A DNA stretch of 64,000 bases, taken from positions 110,027 through 174,026 of the forward strand of contig JAIORF010000102.1 in the NCBI GenBank assembly GCA_021108295.1, in the 5' to 3' direction. The stretch's first letter is position 1. Every line of letters starts with the position of its first letter. Under the pieces are notes generated by a model. That model did no database searches, was not told the DNA's origin, and worked only from the letters and a program-made list of their open reading frames with translations. Source of the stretch: a bacterium (GTDB taxonomy: Bacteria; Patescibacteriota; Dojkabacteria; SC72). Positions 40,153 to 49,619 of this stretch are shown here, piece by piece. The position numbers and the translations under genes were made by a program.

Positions 40153-42867
40153 TTATATTATCCAACTGTCCTTTATACTAATTTCATCACCACTTTTTAG
40201 GTTTCCTTCTAGTATTTCTTGTGCGATTTTCCCTTCTATTTGATCTTGTATATATCTTTTGAGTGGTCTTGCACCCATACCAGGTATATTGGATTTGTCA
40301 GAGATGAGCATTGGTATCTGATCTGACCATTGGAGTATATATCCTTTCTTCCCTAATCTTTTGGATAGTTGAGTTAGTAGTAGGATGGTGATTTTACTTA
40401 GGTTTTCTAGACTGTGTGGTTGGAATACGATTACCTTATCAAATCTATTGAGTAGCTCTGGTCTAATACTGTGTTGTAATTCTATTAGTGCTTTACTCTT
40501 TGCTTCTTCCCAGAGGGAATTACTCTGCTGTAATGTTTCTAGGAGTGTGAGACTACCAATGTTGCTTGTACATATGATTATGGTATTTGTGAAATCTACA
40601 GTTTCTCCACTATTACTAGTTAGTCTTCCTTCGTCAAAGATTTGTAAGAAGAGATCCAATATTTGAGGGTGAGCTTTCTCGATTTCGTCAAAGAGGACTA
40701 CAGTGTATGGGTTGCTTTTTATCTGGTCTATTAGTGAGATAGAGCTTTTACCAAATTCTGGGGTAGTACTTCCTAAGAATTTCTCAATGCTTTTTATATC
40801 TTGGTATTCAGACATGTCGATTCTAATCATTTTCTTGTCTTCTCCAAAGAATTCTTCGCATACAACCTTGCTGATATGTGTTTTACCAACACCAGTTGGT
40901 CCCATGAAGAGGAATGTCCCTATGGGTTTGTTTGGATCCCTTATATCTGTTCTAGCTCGTCTAAGAGCGTCTACAATGGTGAGAATTGCTTCGTCTTGCC
41001 CTACTACTTTACTCTTGATGTTTTCTTCGAGTTTCATAAGGTTTGTACTTTCTTCTGCAGATATTGGTGTAATATTTATATTCTTTTGTAGAGAGATAGC
41101 TTTTGCTACATGCTCTGAGGTTAGTAATTTTATTTGGTTAGCTTGAGCCCAAGAGCATGCTGACTCTATTGTCGCTACTGCACTACTAGGTAGTTTCTTT
41201 TCTTTAATATATCTTTGAGCTAATTCTACAGCAGATATTAGGGCTGGGAAGGTGATGTAACATCCGAAGTTCTTTTCTAGTATTTCAATCTTAGTCTCAA
41301 GGATGTAGAGTGCATCGTCTAGTGATATTTCTGCTACTTCTATATTGGTGAAGGTTTGTCTTAGGGATTCGTTGTTGTAGAAATATTTCTTGTAATCCGA
41401 GTGATTGACAGTTCCCACTATTGGGAATTTGCTATCTAGTATGTATGGTAGGAGTATGCCTGCAATTGAGTGTCCTGATTCTTGTGCTTTGGTTGGCATT
41501 AGTTCTTGCATCTCATCGATGAAGAGGATTACATCTCCTGCTTGTGCTAATTCGTTCATGGCTTTTGCTATGAGTTCTTCCATGTTTTGTCCTGGTTTAG
41601 ATGCGTGTGCAATGAGGGCGTTTATATCTAGTTTGATTATTCTCTTGTCCTTAATCTGTAGTGGTACATCTCCTCTATTTATTCTTTGTGCTACCCCGAG
41701 TATGAGGCTGGATTTTCCTGTACCCGGCTCTCCTATTAGGAGTGCGTGTTTGTTATTTACTTTACCTAGTATAGATACTAGTGCTTCTATTTCTAGGTCG
41801 TGTCCTATTCCAAAGACATCTCTTGTCTTGGCAATTTGTTCTGTAATATTTGTACTGAAGTGGTTAAGTATGAATGTGTATCCATATATCCATTGTTCTG
41901 CAATCCCTCCTTTTTTGTAGTAAGCGACATTAGGGTTGAAAATGTTTGTAGCAAGGTTTCTCTTTCTTAGTCTTGCATTGTATCTTACAATTTCTCTTAG
42001 TATATCTAGGCTACTGTTGTTTGCCTGTAGAAATTTTTGTAGTGTTGGAAATACTTTAGTTAGTGCTAGAAAGAGGTGCTCGGGTCTCACTATTTGAGAC
42101 TCTGTGAGTAGTGCTTCTTCTACAGCGTAGAGGAGTATACTTCTAAGAGAGGTTGCTGGGTATGTTGGTAGTGTTTCTGGGTTGATTTTGTTTTCGTTTA
42201 GTTCTCCTGCATCTATTTGTATATCTGCTCTTTTAAGTATCTCTTTTATATTGGGTACATTTAATAGTGTGATGAATGTGGAGTGAATAGAGAATTGATT
42301 CTTTTGTGTATTGTCACATACCAGATTGAGTGTATCATCATTAATGTACTTAATTGCGTCTAGGTTGCTGTAGTGGTTAAATTTGAATCCTACTGTTTTT
42401 ACTTCTTCATATTCTTTTTGTGGAATTATTTCAGTTTTGGGTAATCTAATTGGATGGCTTCTATCTTTGTAGTAGTCGTGCCAGAGTGCAAGGACGCTGA
42501 GGATTGATATTCCAAAGAGAAGATTTGCTATTGAACTGTTAAAGAAGTTTTTGAGTATTAAGATGTCGTCTAGTACACCTAGGAATTGGAGCATGTAACC
42601 TAGTGCTACTATTAGGCCTGGTATGAGGAGGGCATTTGATATTGTTCTTCTGGTATTTTCGAATTTAGCGGTTCTAAGAGAGTTGGTGATTACATTGCTT
42701 ATTTGTGGTGTGGATATTGTGAAGTAGTGGTTTCTAGTTACCAGAAACATTGCGTCTAACTCTTTTGTGAGTATTGGTAGCTCTTTTTCTATGACACCGT
42801 AGGAGTTATTGTCTCTTGAGTGATATCCTAGTATTGTTCTGTTTTGCCATCCGTAGTCTATTGCCAT
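40153..42867 (-). CDS. Membrane-anchored double-AAA+ Clp-family ATPase (ClpA/ClpC-like D1+D2, no M-domain)
   Basis: Two TM helices at residues ~75-125, Clp_N-like repeat, D1 Walker A GEPGTGKSS / Walker B ILFIDEM, D2 Walker A GPTGVGKTH / VVLFDEIEKAHP, sensor-2 GARPLKR; 904 aa. Confidence 0.8.
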   Translation of the reverse strand: MAIDYGWQNRTILGYHSRDNNSYGVIEKELPILTKELDAMFLVTRNHYFTISTPQISNVITNSLRTAKFENTRRTISNALLIPGLIVALGYMLQFLGVLDDILILKNFFNSSIANLLFGISILSVLALWHDYYKDRSHPIRLPKTEIIPQKEYEEVKTVGFKFNHYSNLDAIKYINDDTLNLVCDNTQKNQFSIHSTFITLLNVPNIKEILKRADIQIDAGELNENKINPETLPTYPATSLRSILLYAVEEALLTESQIVRPEHLFLALTKVFPTLQKFLQANNSSLDILREIVRYNARLRKRNLATNIFNPNVAYYKKGGIAEQWIYGYTFILNHFSTNITEQIAKTRDVFGIGHDLEIEALVSILGKVNNKHALLIGEPGTGKSSLILGVAQRINRGDVPLQIKDKRIIKLDINALIAHASKPGQNMEELIAKAMNELAQAGDVILFIDEMQELMPTKAQESGHSIAGILLPYILDSKFPIVGTVNHSDYKKYFYNNESLRQTFTNIEVAEISLDDALYILETKIEILEKNFGCYITFPALISAVELAQRYIKEKKLPSSAVATIESACSWAQANQIKLLTSEHVAKAISLQKNINITPISAEESTNLMKLEENIKSKVVGQDEAILTIVDALRRARTDIRDPNKPIGTFLFMGPTGVGKTHISKVVCEEFFGEDKKMIRIDMSEYQDIKSIEKFLGSTTPEFGKSSISLIDQIKSNPYTVVLFDEIEKAHPQILDLFLQIFDEGRLTSNSGETVDFTNTIIICTSNIGSLTLLETLQQSNSLWEEAKSKALIELQHSIRPELLNRFDKVIVFQPHSLENLSKITILLLTQLSKRLGKKGYILQWSDQIPMLISDKSNIPGMGARPLKRYIQDQIEGKIAQEILEGNLKSGDEISIKDSWII

Positions 42868-42872
42868 TTCAT

Positions 42873-43274
42873 TTATACAAAAAATGATCTAAGGGTAAAT
42901 ATTATGGTGGTTGGTGGGAGTAGTAGCCAGAAGAAGAGAAAGAGGGTGTATGTGAGTGTGATTATTATGAGAATCGTTATTGCAATTGGTAGGTAGAGTG
43001 TTTTAGAGAGTATTCCTACAATATATCCTATGAGGTTTTTGTCTCTGTGCCACGGTAGGAAGAAGTTCCTTGTTAGTAGGCTTAGTGAGAGGTTGTCATC
43101 TAGTACAATGATGAGTCTTTTAAGCGTTCTTAGGTGCCATATTGGCATTTGTATGTACCACCATTTGAGGAAGTTGTTTAGGAAAGTTAGCAAAATCTCA
43201 AAGTATGAATTTACTTTGGTCTCGTTGAGTAATTGTTGACCCGAGTTATCGAGTAGTAAGTTTTTAGATTCCAT
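42873..43274 (-). CDS. Small membrane protein, upstream partner of the Clp-like ATPase
   Basis: 133 aa with a C-terminal hydrophobic region; 5 nt upstream of the ATPase gene on the same strand. Confidence 0.4.
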   Translation of the reverse strand: MESKNLLLDNSGQQLLNETKVNSYFEILLTFLNNFLKWWYIQMPIWHLRTLKRLIIVLDDNLSLSLLTRNFFLPWHRDKNLIGYIVGILSKTLYLPIAITILIIITLTYTLFLFFWLLLPPTTIIFTLRSFFV

Positions 43275-43358
43275 AGTTGACAGTGGATATATTATATATG
43301 AAATTGGGGTTAATGGTAAGGAGAGGGTGTGTCCTATATATTTTTGATATAATGTGGA

Positions 43359-44330
43359 ATGAATGTTTATGAGAGGATAATAAAAGAGAAGAGTTGTATT
43401 TATGCTTTAGCTCCTATGGAGGATATTACGGATTCTGTATTTAGGCAAATGTTGTGTGATATTGGTAAGCCGGATATGTTCTTTACCGAGTTTATGAGTA
43501 CAGATGGGTATATGTCTAAGGGTAGAGAGAATGTAATGCATAGATTGGAGTTTAGAGATATAGAGAGGCCTATTATAGTGCAATTGTGGGGTAATACTCC
43601 TGAGAATTATGCTAATACAGTGAAGAATATTGTGAATCTTAAGCCTGATGGTATTGATATTAATATTGGCTGTAGTGTTAAGAATGTTTTGAGGAGTGGT
43701 CATTGTTCTGCATTAATTAAAGAGCCAGAGTTAGTTAAGGACATTATTGAGGCTGTGAAGAGTAAGGCTGGTGATATTCCTGTTAGTGTTAAGACTAGGT
43801 TAGGTTACGATTCCATTATCACAGATTCTTGGTTTAATTTTTTACTTGAACAGAATCTTGATCTTATTACAGTGCATGGGAGGATATCGAAGGATGGTTA
43901 CAATATTCCTGCTAATTGGGATGAGATTGGTAAGGTGGTTAAGTTAAGAGATGTGGTTTCCCCTACTACCGTTATATTGGGGAATGGAGATATTTCTAGT
44001 TTAGATATGGCAGATGAGTATGTTTCTAAGTATGGTGTAGATGGCGTAATGGTTGGAAGGGGTATAGTCAACAATCCGTGGTTATTTAGTAGGAGGGGGG
44101 ATATAGACGAGAAGGAGCGTTTAGAGGTGTTAAAGAAGCACTTAGAGCTTTTTAAGGGTACTTGGGAGGGGGTTAAGAGTTATAATAGTCAGAAGAAGTA
44201 TGTAAAGATGTATATTAGTGGTTTTGAAGGGGTTAGTGAGTTAAGACAGAGGTTGATGGAGTGTGAGGAGGTGGATAGGGCTTTGGAGATTGTAGAGGGA
44301 TATATAGAAGAATCTGCTATTTCTCCTTGA
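43359..44330 (+). CDS. dus: tRNA-dihydrouridine synthase
   Basis: LAPMEDITDSVFRQM, FMN-binding TIM barrel motifs, catalytic Cys in NIGCS. Confidence 0.85.
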   Translation: MNVYERIIKEKSCIYALAPMEDITDSVFRQMLCDIGKPDMFFTEFMSTDGYMSKGRENVMHRLEFRDIERPIIVQLWGNTPENYANTVKNIVNLKPDGIDINIGCSVKNVLRSGHCSALIKEPELVKDIIEAVKSKAGDIPVSVKTRLGYDSIITDSWFNFLLEQNLDLITVHGRISKDGYNIPANWDEIGKVVKLRDVVSPTTVILGNGDISSLDMADEYVSKYGVDGVMVGRGIVNNPWLFSRRGDIDEKERLEVLKKHLELFKGTWEGVKSYNSQKKYVKMYISGFEGVSELRQRLMECEEVDRALEIVEGYIEESAISP

Positions 44331-45198
44331 GTTTCAGTTTGGTGAACTTATCTTTGGTGTCTGTTCTCTTCTCTATGGTCTGTCCTGTGTATTTTGGTAG
44401 TGTGAATGTAAAGGTAGTACCCTCCCCTAGTTTGCTATCTACATGTATCTTCCCTCCCATTTTCTCTATTAGATTGAATGTGACATAGAGGCCCAGTCCT
44501 GTTCCTTCTGGTTTTACAATGTTAAAGTCCTCACAGTTTTTTGATTCTGTATAGTTACCTACTCTAAAGAACTTGGTTCCTAGAGCTGATACGTTTTCTT
44601 TGCTCATACCTCTTCCTGTGTCTGTTATGGATATTTGAATGAAATCATTCTTTTCTTCTGTTTTTATTGTTACATTTCCTTGGTGTGTATATTTAATTGC
44701 GTTGTCTATTAGGTTATTAAGTATTTCTACAACTCTGGCGTGATCAGCGTATATGTATGTGGAGTTTGGAGAGAGTTTTGTTATTAGTTGTAGTTTTTTG
44801 TGTTTTGCTTTTGCTTCGTGTGTATGTAAGGCCATCTCTATTTGTTGTAAGAGATTTACTTTCTCATAGTTCAGTTCGATTTTGTCTCCTTCTAGTTTAG
44901 CGCTACTGAGTAGTGTATTAATGAGTTTTATTTCTGTTTCGACTGCGTCTTTAATACGTGCGAGATATTTAGCGGAGTTCTTATTGTTTTTTGTAGAGGA
45001 GTTGCAGAGAAGGTCTAGGTTTAGTTTTATTATAGACATTGGGGTTCTTAGTTCATGTCCCATGATATCTATCATATCTCTTTCTTTCTGCCTTTCTTTT
45101 TCGAGTTTGTTAAGTTGTTGTTCAAGTTTGTAAATTTGTGTAGAGATTTGTTGTTTGGTCATACTTTTATTAATAAACTTATTCTCTATTATATACAA
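44317..45198 (-). CDS. Cytoplasmic sensor histidine kinase (HisKA + HATPase_c)
   Basis: H-box MGHELRTPM, N-box NLIDNAIKYT, G-boxes DTGRGM and GTGLGL; coiled-coil N-terminus, no TM. Confidence 0.8.
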   Translation of the reverse strand: MYIIENKFINKSMTKQQISTQIYKLEQQLNKLEKERQKERDMIDIMGHELRTPMSIIKLNLDLLCNSSTKNNKNSAKYLARIKDAVETEIKLINTLLSSAKLEGDKIELNYEKVNLLQQIEMALHTHEAKAKHKKLQLITKLSPNSTYIYADHARVVEILNNLIDNAIKYTHQGNVTIKTEEKNDFIQISITDTGRGMSKENVSALGTKFFRVGNYTESKNCEDFNIVKPEGTGLGLYVTFNLIEKMGGKIHVDSKLGEGTTFTFTLPKYTGQTIEKRTDTKDKFTKLKLKEK

Positions 45199-45330
45199 AG
45201 GTGTCTGTGAACAGAATAGGTGTGTTTATATTTTATCAGCTGGTATAGGAATTGCAAATGTTTGGTATATCATTTTCATTTTTTTAGAATCTGTAGCATA
45301 ATGTAGGAATAACTTTTTAGTTACATCCTT

Positions 45331-46581
45331 ATGAAAATTGCCAAGATATTTGCTCAGGAGGTTTTAGACTCAAGAGGTAATCCTACTGTTGAGTGTAGTG
45401 TTGTATTGGAGAATGATATTAAAGCATCTGCCATAGTGCCTAGTGGTGCTTCTACGGGTACATATGAGGCTGTGGAGTTAAGGGATGGGGATATGGATAG
45501 ATACTTAGGTAAGGGTGTTCTTAAAGCTATTGAGAATGTAAATACAAAGATAGCAGAGGTTGTAGTTGGTATGGATGTAGAGGATCAGAGGGAGATAGAT
45601 CAAGCTATGATAGCTTTGGATGGGAGTAGTGATAAGTCTAATCTTGGTGCTAATGCAATTCTTTCTGTATCTATGGCTTGTGTGAGGGCTGCTTCCCTAT
45701 CTCAAGGTATACCAATGTATGAGTATGTAGCTACTTTGTTTGGTAATAGTACAGATGAGTATGAGATGCCAGTACCAATGATTAATGTTTTAAATGGTGG
45801 TAGGCATGCTAATGGTGCTTCTGATATTCAGGAGTATATGTTTATGCCAGTTGGTGCATCTAATATTGAGGAGGCTGTAAGGTGGGGTTCTGAGTGTTTC
45901 CATCACTTGGGTAATATTTTAAAGGAGATGGATTTTAGTACTACAGTTGGTGATGAGGGTGGTTATGCTCCTTCTTTGGGTAGTAATGAGAAGCCTTTGG
46001 AGTTAATGGTTCAGGCTATTAAGAAGGCTAATCTTAAAGCTGGTGAGGATATGTGTATTGGTATTGATGCTGCGGCTAATGAGTTTTTTGAGGAGGGTAA
46101 GTATGAGCTTAAGGCAGATAGTATGAGTTTGAGTAGTGAGGAGTTGTGTAGTATGTATATGGAGTGGGTAGAGAGGTATCCTTTAATTTTGATAGAGGAT
46201 GGTTTTGGAGAGGATGACTGGGATGGTTTTGTACTTTTAGAGAAGAGGTTGGGAGAGAGGATTATGAATGTGGGTGATGATTTGTATGTGACTAGTATTG
46301 AGAGATTAGAGAGGGGTATTAAGGAAGAGGCTACTAATTCCATTCTTATTAAGCTTAATCAGATAGGGAGTGTTACTGAGACAATAGAGGTGATGAAGAG
46401 GGCTAGTGAGGTTGGTATGAAGTGTATGGTTTCTCATAGGTCTGGGGAAACAGAGGATACTTTTCTTGCTGATTTTGTAGTTGGTGCTGGTACAGGTTTT
46501 ATTAAAACAGGTTCTATGAGTAGGAGTGAGAGGGTTGGGAAGTATAATAGGTTGATGAGGATAGAGAGGGAGTTAGGTTAG
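45331..46581 (+). CDS. eno: Enolase
   Basis: MKIAKIFAQEVLDSRGNPTVE... and the enolase signature region. Confidence 0.95.
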   Translation: MKIAKIFAQEVLDSRGNPTVECSVVLENDIKASAIVPSGASTGTYEAVELRDGDMDRYLGKGVLKAIENVNTKIAEVVVGMDVEDQREIDQAMIALDGSSDKSNLGANAILSVSMACVRAASLSQGIPMYEYVATLFGNSTDEYEMPVPMINVLNGGRHANGASDIQEYMFMPVGASNIEEAVRWGSECFHHLGNILKEMDFSTTVGDEGGYAPSLGSNEKPLELMVQAIKKANLKAGEDMCIGIDAAANEFFEEGKYELKADSMSLSSEELCSMYMEWVERYPLILIEDGFGEDDWDGFVLLEKRLGERIMNVGDDLYVTSIERLERGIKEEATNSILIKLNQIGSVTETIEVMKRASEVGMKCMVSHRSGETEDTFLADFVVGAGTGFIKTGSMSRSERVGKYNRLMRIERELG

Positions 46582-47778
46582 GTCAATTTTGTCCCTAGCA
46601 GAAGTTGTTAAAGAATTATAAGTTTCTGGGAAGTTGTTTTGTAGATATACGAGGAATTGGTATGTAGTAGTTATTAGTGTGACGATGTCTCTTTCTACAG
46701 CTTTTGTCATAGGAATCTCTGAGGTTAGTTCTGCTTTGTTAGTCATGTAAGATATCTTTGCTAAGTAAGTAATTGCAATATTAGTCATTCTGTCAAAGGT
46801 TAGTTGAAAGAGTTTTTGTGTACCGAGTTCTAGTTGCTGACTCATAAAGTCTTCGCCGAAGAATCCTATGTGTTGTTGCTCAGCCAAAAGGTTTTGAACC
46901 CTTTTCTTCATTATATCTGTTGTAGCATTAGTTAATATGGAATGTGCAGCTTCTCGAACTTGTTCGTTTTGGGAGAGGTTAAGTAGTAAGAGGGCTTGTG
47001 AGTAAAAGAATATCTTGTCGTCTACCATTTGTTGAACTAGTGGGTTGAGCCCTTCGTGGAAGCGAACAGCATTAGATAATGAGGAGGGGCTTACTTGCAT
47101 ACGTTCGGCAAAGTCAGCTTGGGTTGCATCAGGATTGTTTTCAATGAACATTTGCCATAGATTATAGAAGACAGTCGCTTTTTCTGTCGAAGTCATTGGG
47201 ATATGGAGATTTTCATCCATTTTTATTCTTAGTTGTTGTTCAGGAGTCATTTCGTAAAGAAAGAGTTTAATAAGGATGGGTGCTTGCCAATTTGAAATAT
47301 GTGCGATACCTCTTCTTCTATGATCTCCAGCTTGTACTCTTATTTTTCCATTTGGTCCAAGGTCAGCAATACATGGGTTGAGTTGTTCGTTAGTAATTAT
47401 ATTCTCTCCTAGTTCAATGGCGTGGTCCATATTAAGTGGTCTAATATTGTTTGTTGGGAGGGTTTGGTTTACGGGTAGGGATATGATTACCCAATCTTGA
47501 TCTTCCATGGTACCAATTATTTCTATTTGCTCTTCTTGAAGGAGTTCTTCGTATGTTAATACGGTATTTGGAGGGGTTTCTGTAAGAATTCTAAAATTCT
47601 CTATTGTTAATTGTTTCAGTACTAATAAGTCTCCTGTTTGTGTAATTTCTCTCAGATTTCTTATATTGATGTCTGTAGTGAGGTCAGGGTGATGAACTGT
47701 TACAACCCTTTGTATTCTTTCGCTCTTGTTCTGATTCTTCATAAGAGCAATGATAAACGAATAGAAGCCTATTGGCAA
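46573..47778 (-). CDS. ParB/Spo0J-like protein (ParB N-terminal domain + HTH), orphan with no adjacent parA
   Basis: GKIRVQAGDHRRRGIAH resembles the ParB GERRxRA box; HTH TQADFAERMQVSPSSLSNAVRF; ~100-aa N-terminal extension. Confidence 0.45.
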   Translation of the reverse strand: MPIGFYSFIIALMKNQNKSERIQRVVTVHHPDLTTDINIRNLREITQTGDLLVLKQLTIENFRILTETPPNTVLTYEELLQEEQIEIIGTMEDQDWVIISLPVNQTLPTNNIRPLNMDHAIELGENIITNEQLNPCIADLGPNGKIRVQAGDHRRRGIAHISNWQAPILIKLFLYEMTPEQQLRIKMDENLHIPMTSTEKATVFYNLWQMFIENNPDATQADFAERMQVSPSSLSNAVRFHEGLNPLVQQMVDDKIFFYSQALLLLNLSQNEQVREAAHSILTNATTDIMKKRVQNLLAEQQHIGFFGEDFMSQQLELGTQKLFQLTFDRMTNIAITYLAKISYMTNKAELTSEIPMTKAVERDIVTLITTTYQFLVYLQNNFPETYNSLTTSARDKIDLT

Positions 47779-47781
47779 GTA

Positions 47782-48210
47782 CTATAAGGCTAATCTTTTG
47801 AGGAGTTTTGTATCACCGTAGTGATGATTGTCGTTCTCCTCCCCTTCTTTCTTATACAATATGACTTCTGCTTGTGGTCTTATATCTTGTATTAAAACTT
47901 TTAATTCTTCATATCCAATTTGTGGATCATGGGGTTTTTGTATAAAGGTTATATCTATATCTAATATCTCCTCCTCTATCGCTTTAAGTGCTACTATAAG
48001 TTCCTATGCTTTTAGCAATAACAATGTATTCTTCTTTTGGTAAGTCTCATAATTTCTGTAGTTCTACATCAAAGGATATTTCTTCTTCTGTATCCCAATG
48101 GTTGTAGTGTATTACTTCTTTAGGGAGATCAAATTCATTAGAGAGATTATTTATCCAATCTTTATTTGATATTGCGTTTCCAGGAAGGAAGAGGTATGTC
48201 ATAGATGATT
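47782..48210 (-). pseudogene. Candidate disrupted gene (two collinear ORF fragments separated by a stop and a frame change)
   Basis: Minus-strand fragments MTYLFLPGNAISNKDW...ELQKL-stop and ELIVALKAIEEEILDID...KLLKRLAL-stop lie in different frames with no ATG for the second. Confidence 0.3.
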
Positions 48211-48284
48211 ATATGGTATTTGTAGTTAAGAGTTCAATATTTGAAGAATCTGGAAGAATTTGCAGAAGCAAGGTATAATAAAAC

Positions 48285-48404
48285 ATGATGAATAGTAGAA
48301 AGAAAATAAAAATCACAAGAAAACAAAAAAGAAATGTAGATAAAGCCTTCAAAAGGGCTATGAAGCAGTATAAACCTGCTCTTATTAAACTCGGTAATGC
48401 CTAA
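48285..48404 (+). CDS. Small basic ORF overlapping the Doc start (candidate antitoxin or regulator)
   Basis: 39 aa MMNSRKKIKITRKQKRNVDKAFKRAMKQYKPALIKLGNA. Its stop overlaps the doc ATG by 8 nt (ATGCCTAA), an arrangement typical of antitoxin-toxin pairs. Confidence 0.3.
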   Translation: MMNSRKKIKITRKQKRNVDKAFKRAMKQYKPALIKLGNA

Positions 48405-48831
48405 AGATTTAGTAAGACGAATTACTCTTGAAGAAGTCGAATATCTTTGTTTTCAATTAGTTGATGAAGTTTTTCCAGATTCAGAACCAATACCAGTATT
48501 TGAGACAAGATTTGAAGGGGTTTTAGAAAGTTCAATTACCCAACCATTTCAGCAAATAGCAGGAAAGGATTTATATCCATCATTCGTGCAAAAATCATCG
48601 AGCCTCTTTTATCTGTGTATAAAGAACCATCCGTTTGAGAATGGTAATAAAAGAGTTGCTGTTCTTGTTCTGTTGATCTTTTTGATTAATAATAATAAAT
48701 GGTTAGAATGTACAAATACGGAATTGTACGAATTGGCTGTTTATATAGCAAAAAGCAAGACACAGGAAATGCAAAGGATTCTTGCTTATATTAAAATCTT
48801 TCTATTAAATCACATTAAAGATGAAAATTAA
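48397..48831 (+). CDS. doc: Doc (death-on-curing) / Fic-family toxin-like protein
   Basis: HPFENGNKRVA matches the Doc variant of the Fic motif HxFx(D/N)(A/G)NKR. Confidence 0.75.
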   Translation: MPKDLVRRITLEEVEYLCFQLVDEVFPDSEPIPVFETRFEGVLESSITQPFQQIAGKDLYPSFVQKSSSLFYLCIKNHPFENGNKRVAVLVLLIFLINNNKWLECTNTELYELAVYIAKSKTQEMQRILAYIKIFLLNHIKDEN

Positions 48832-49579
48832 TAACAAAGAAGTTTTTAAAAATATTCAAGCTTATCTCAATCTAGATATCTATGGTAAAAAAGTTGTATG
48901 TCCCTACTCTATCAATTTTGTTGAAAATGAATTTCTAGGATTAATGAGAATGGTAGGAATAGAGGAGGAAAAGATCAAGGAAGTTCATGAGTTATACAAA
49001 AGCAATGAGGCTATATATGGTTGGTATAGGGGTAAGGGAACCGCTAAGGAGATATCTTCTGCTACAAAGGAGATAGCAAAGAAGAGAAACTTTAATTTAG
49101 AGTCTTCATCACCAGAAGGTATTGTTGAATTTATGAGATTAGTAGATTTAGGTATTGATTGTAGTGGGTATGTTTTTAATGTTTTGTTAGAAAGTGTTGA
49201 GGAGAAGGATGTGTTTTTAAAATCTTTGAACTGGTTAGATGAGAAGATGATTGTTTCTAGAGCTAGTGTTGATATTTTTTGTGGTAGGGCTTCAGAGGTT
49301 GTAAATATTAATGATCTAAAGAGTTTAGATTTGATGATAATTAAGTCTAGGTATACTGGGGAGAATAGTCATATAGCGATATTAATTGAGAATGATGGGA
49401 AGATGTATATATCTCAATCTTCTGTATCTACAATACCTAATGGTGTTAGGTTAGATAGTTTTGAGGTAAGGGATAATAAGCCTGTATTTGGTTTTGAGTA
49501 TGAGTTGGGTACGTCTATACAAGACATGTGTGAGATGGGGTTAGTAGAGTTTAGGAGATTGAAGTATATGTTAGTTTAG
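48821..49579 (+). CDS. NlpC/P60-like papain-fold cysteine peptidase (no signal peptide)
   Basis: GIDCSGYVFNV (catalytic Cys motif DCSGfV) and downstream SHIAILI (catalytic His); overlaps the doc stop by 11 nt. Confidence 0.5.
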   Translation: MKINNKEVFKNIQAYLNLDIYGKKVVCPYSINFVENEFLGLMRMVGIEEEKIKEVHELYKSNEAIYGWYRGKGTAKEISSATKEIAKKRNFNLESSSPEGIVEFMRLVDLGIDCSGYVFNVLLESVEEKDVFLKSLNWLDEKMIVSRASVDIFCGRASEVVNINDLKSLDLMIIKSRYTGENSHIAILIENDGKMYISQSSVSTIPNGVRLDSFEVRDNKPVFGFEYELGTSIQDMCEMGLVEFRRLKYMLV

Positions 49580-49619
49580 GGTATAAAATAGTAGTAGTTT
49601 AATTGTTATTAAAGGTAGA

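Noticed and set aside
40385-41920. Several plus-strand ORFs (93-171 aa) opposite the Clp-family ATPase gene
   Set aside because: They are antisense to a gene with unambiguous AAA+ motifs; spurious.
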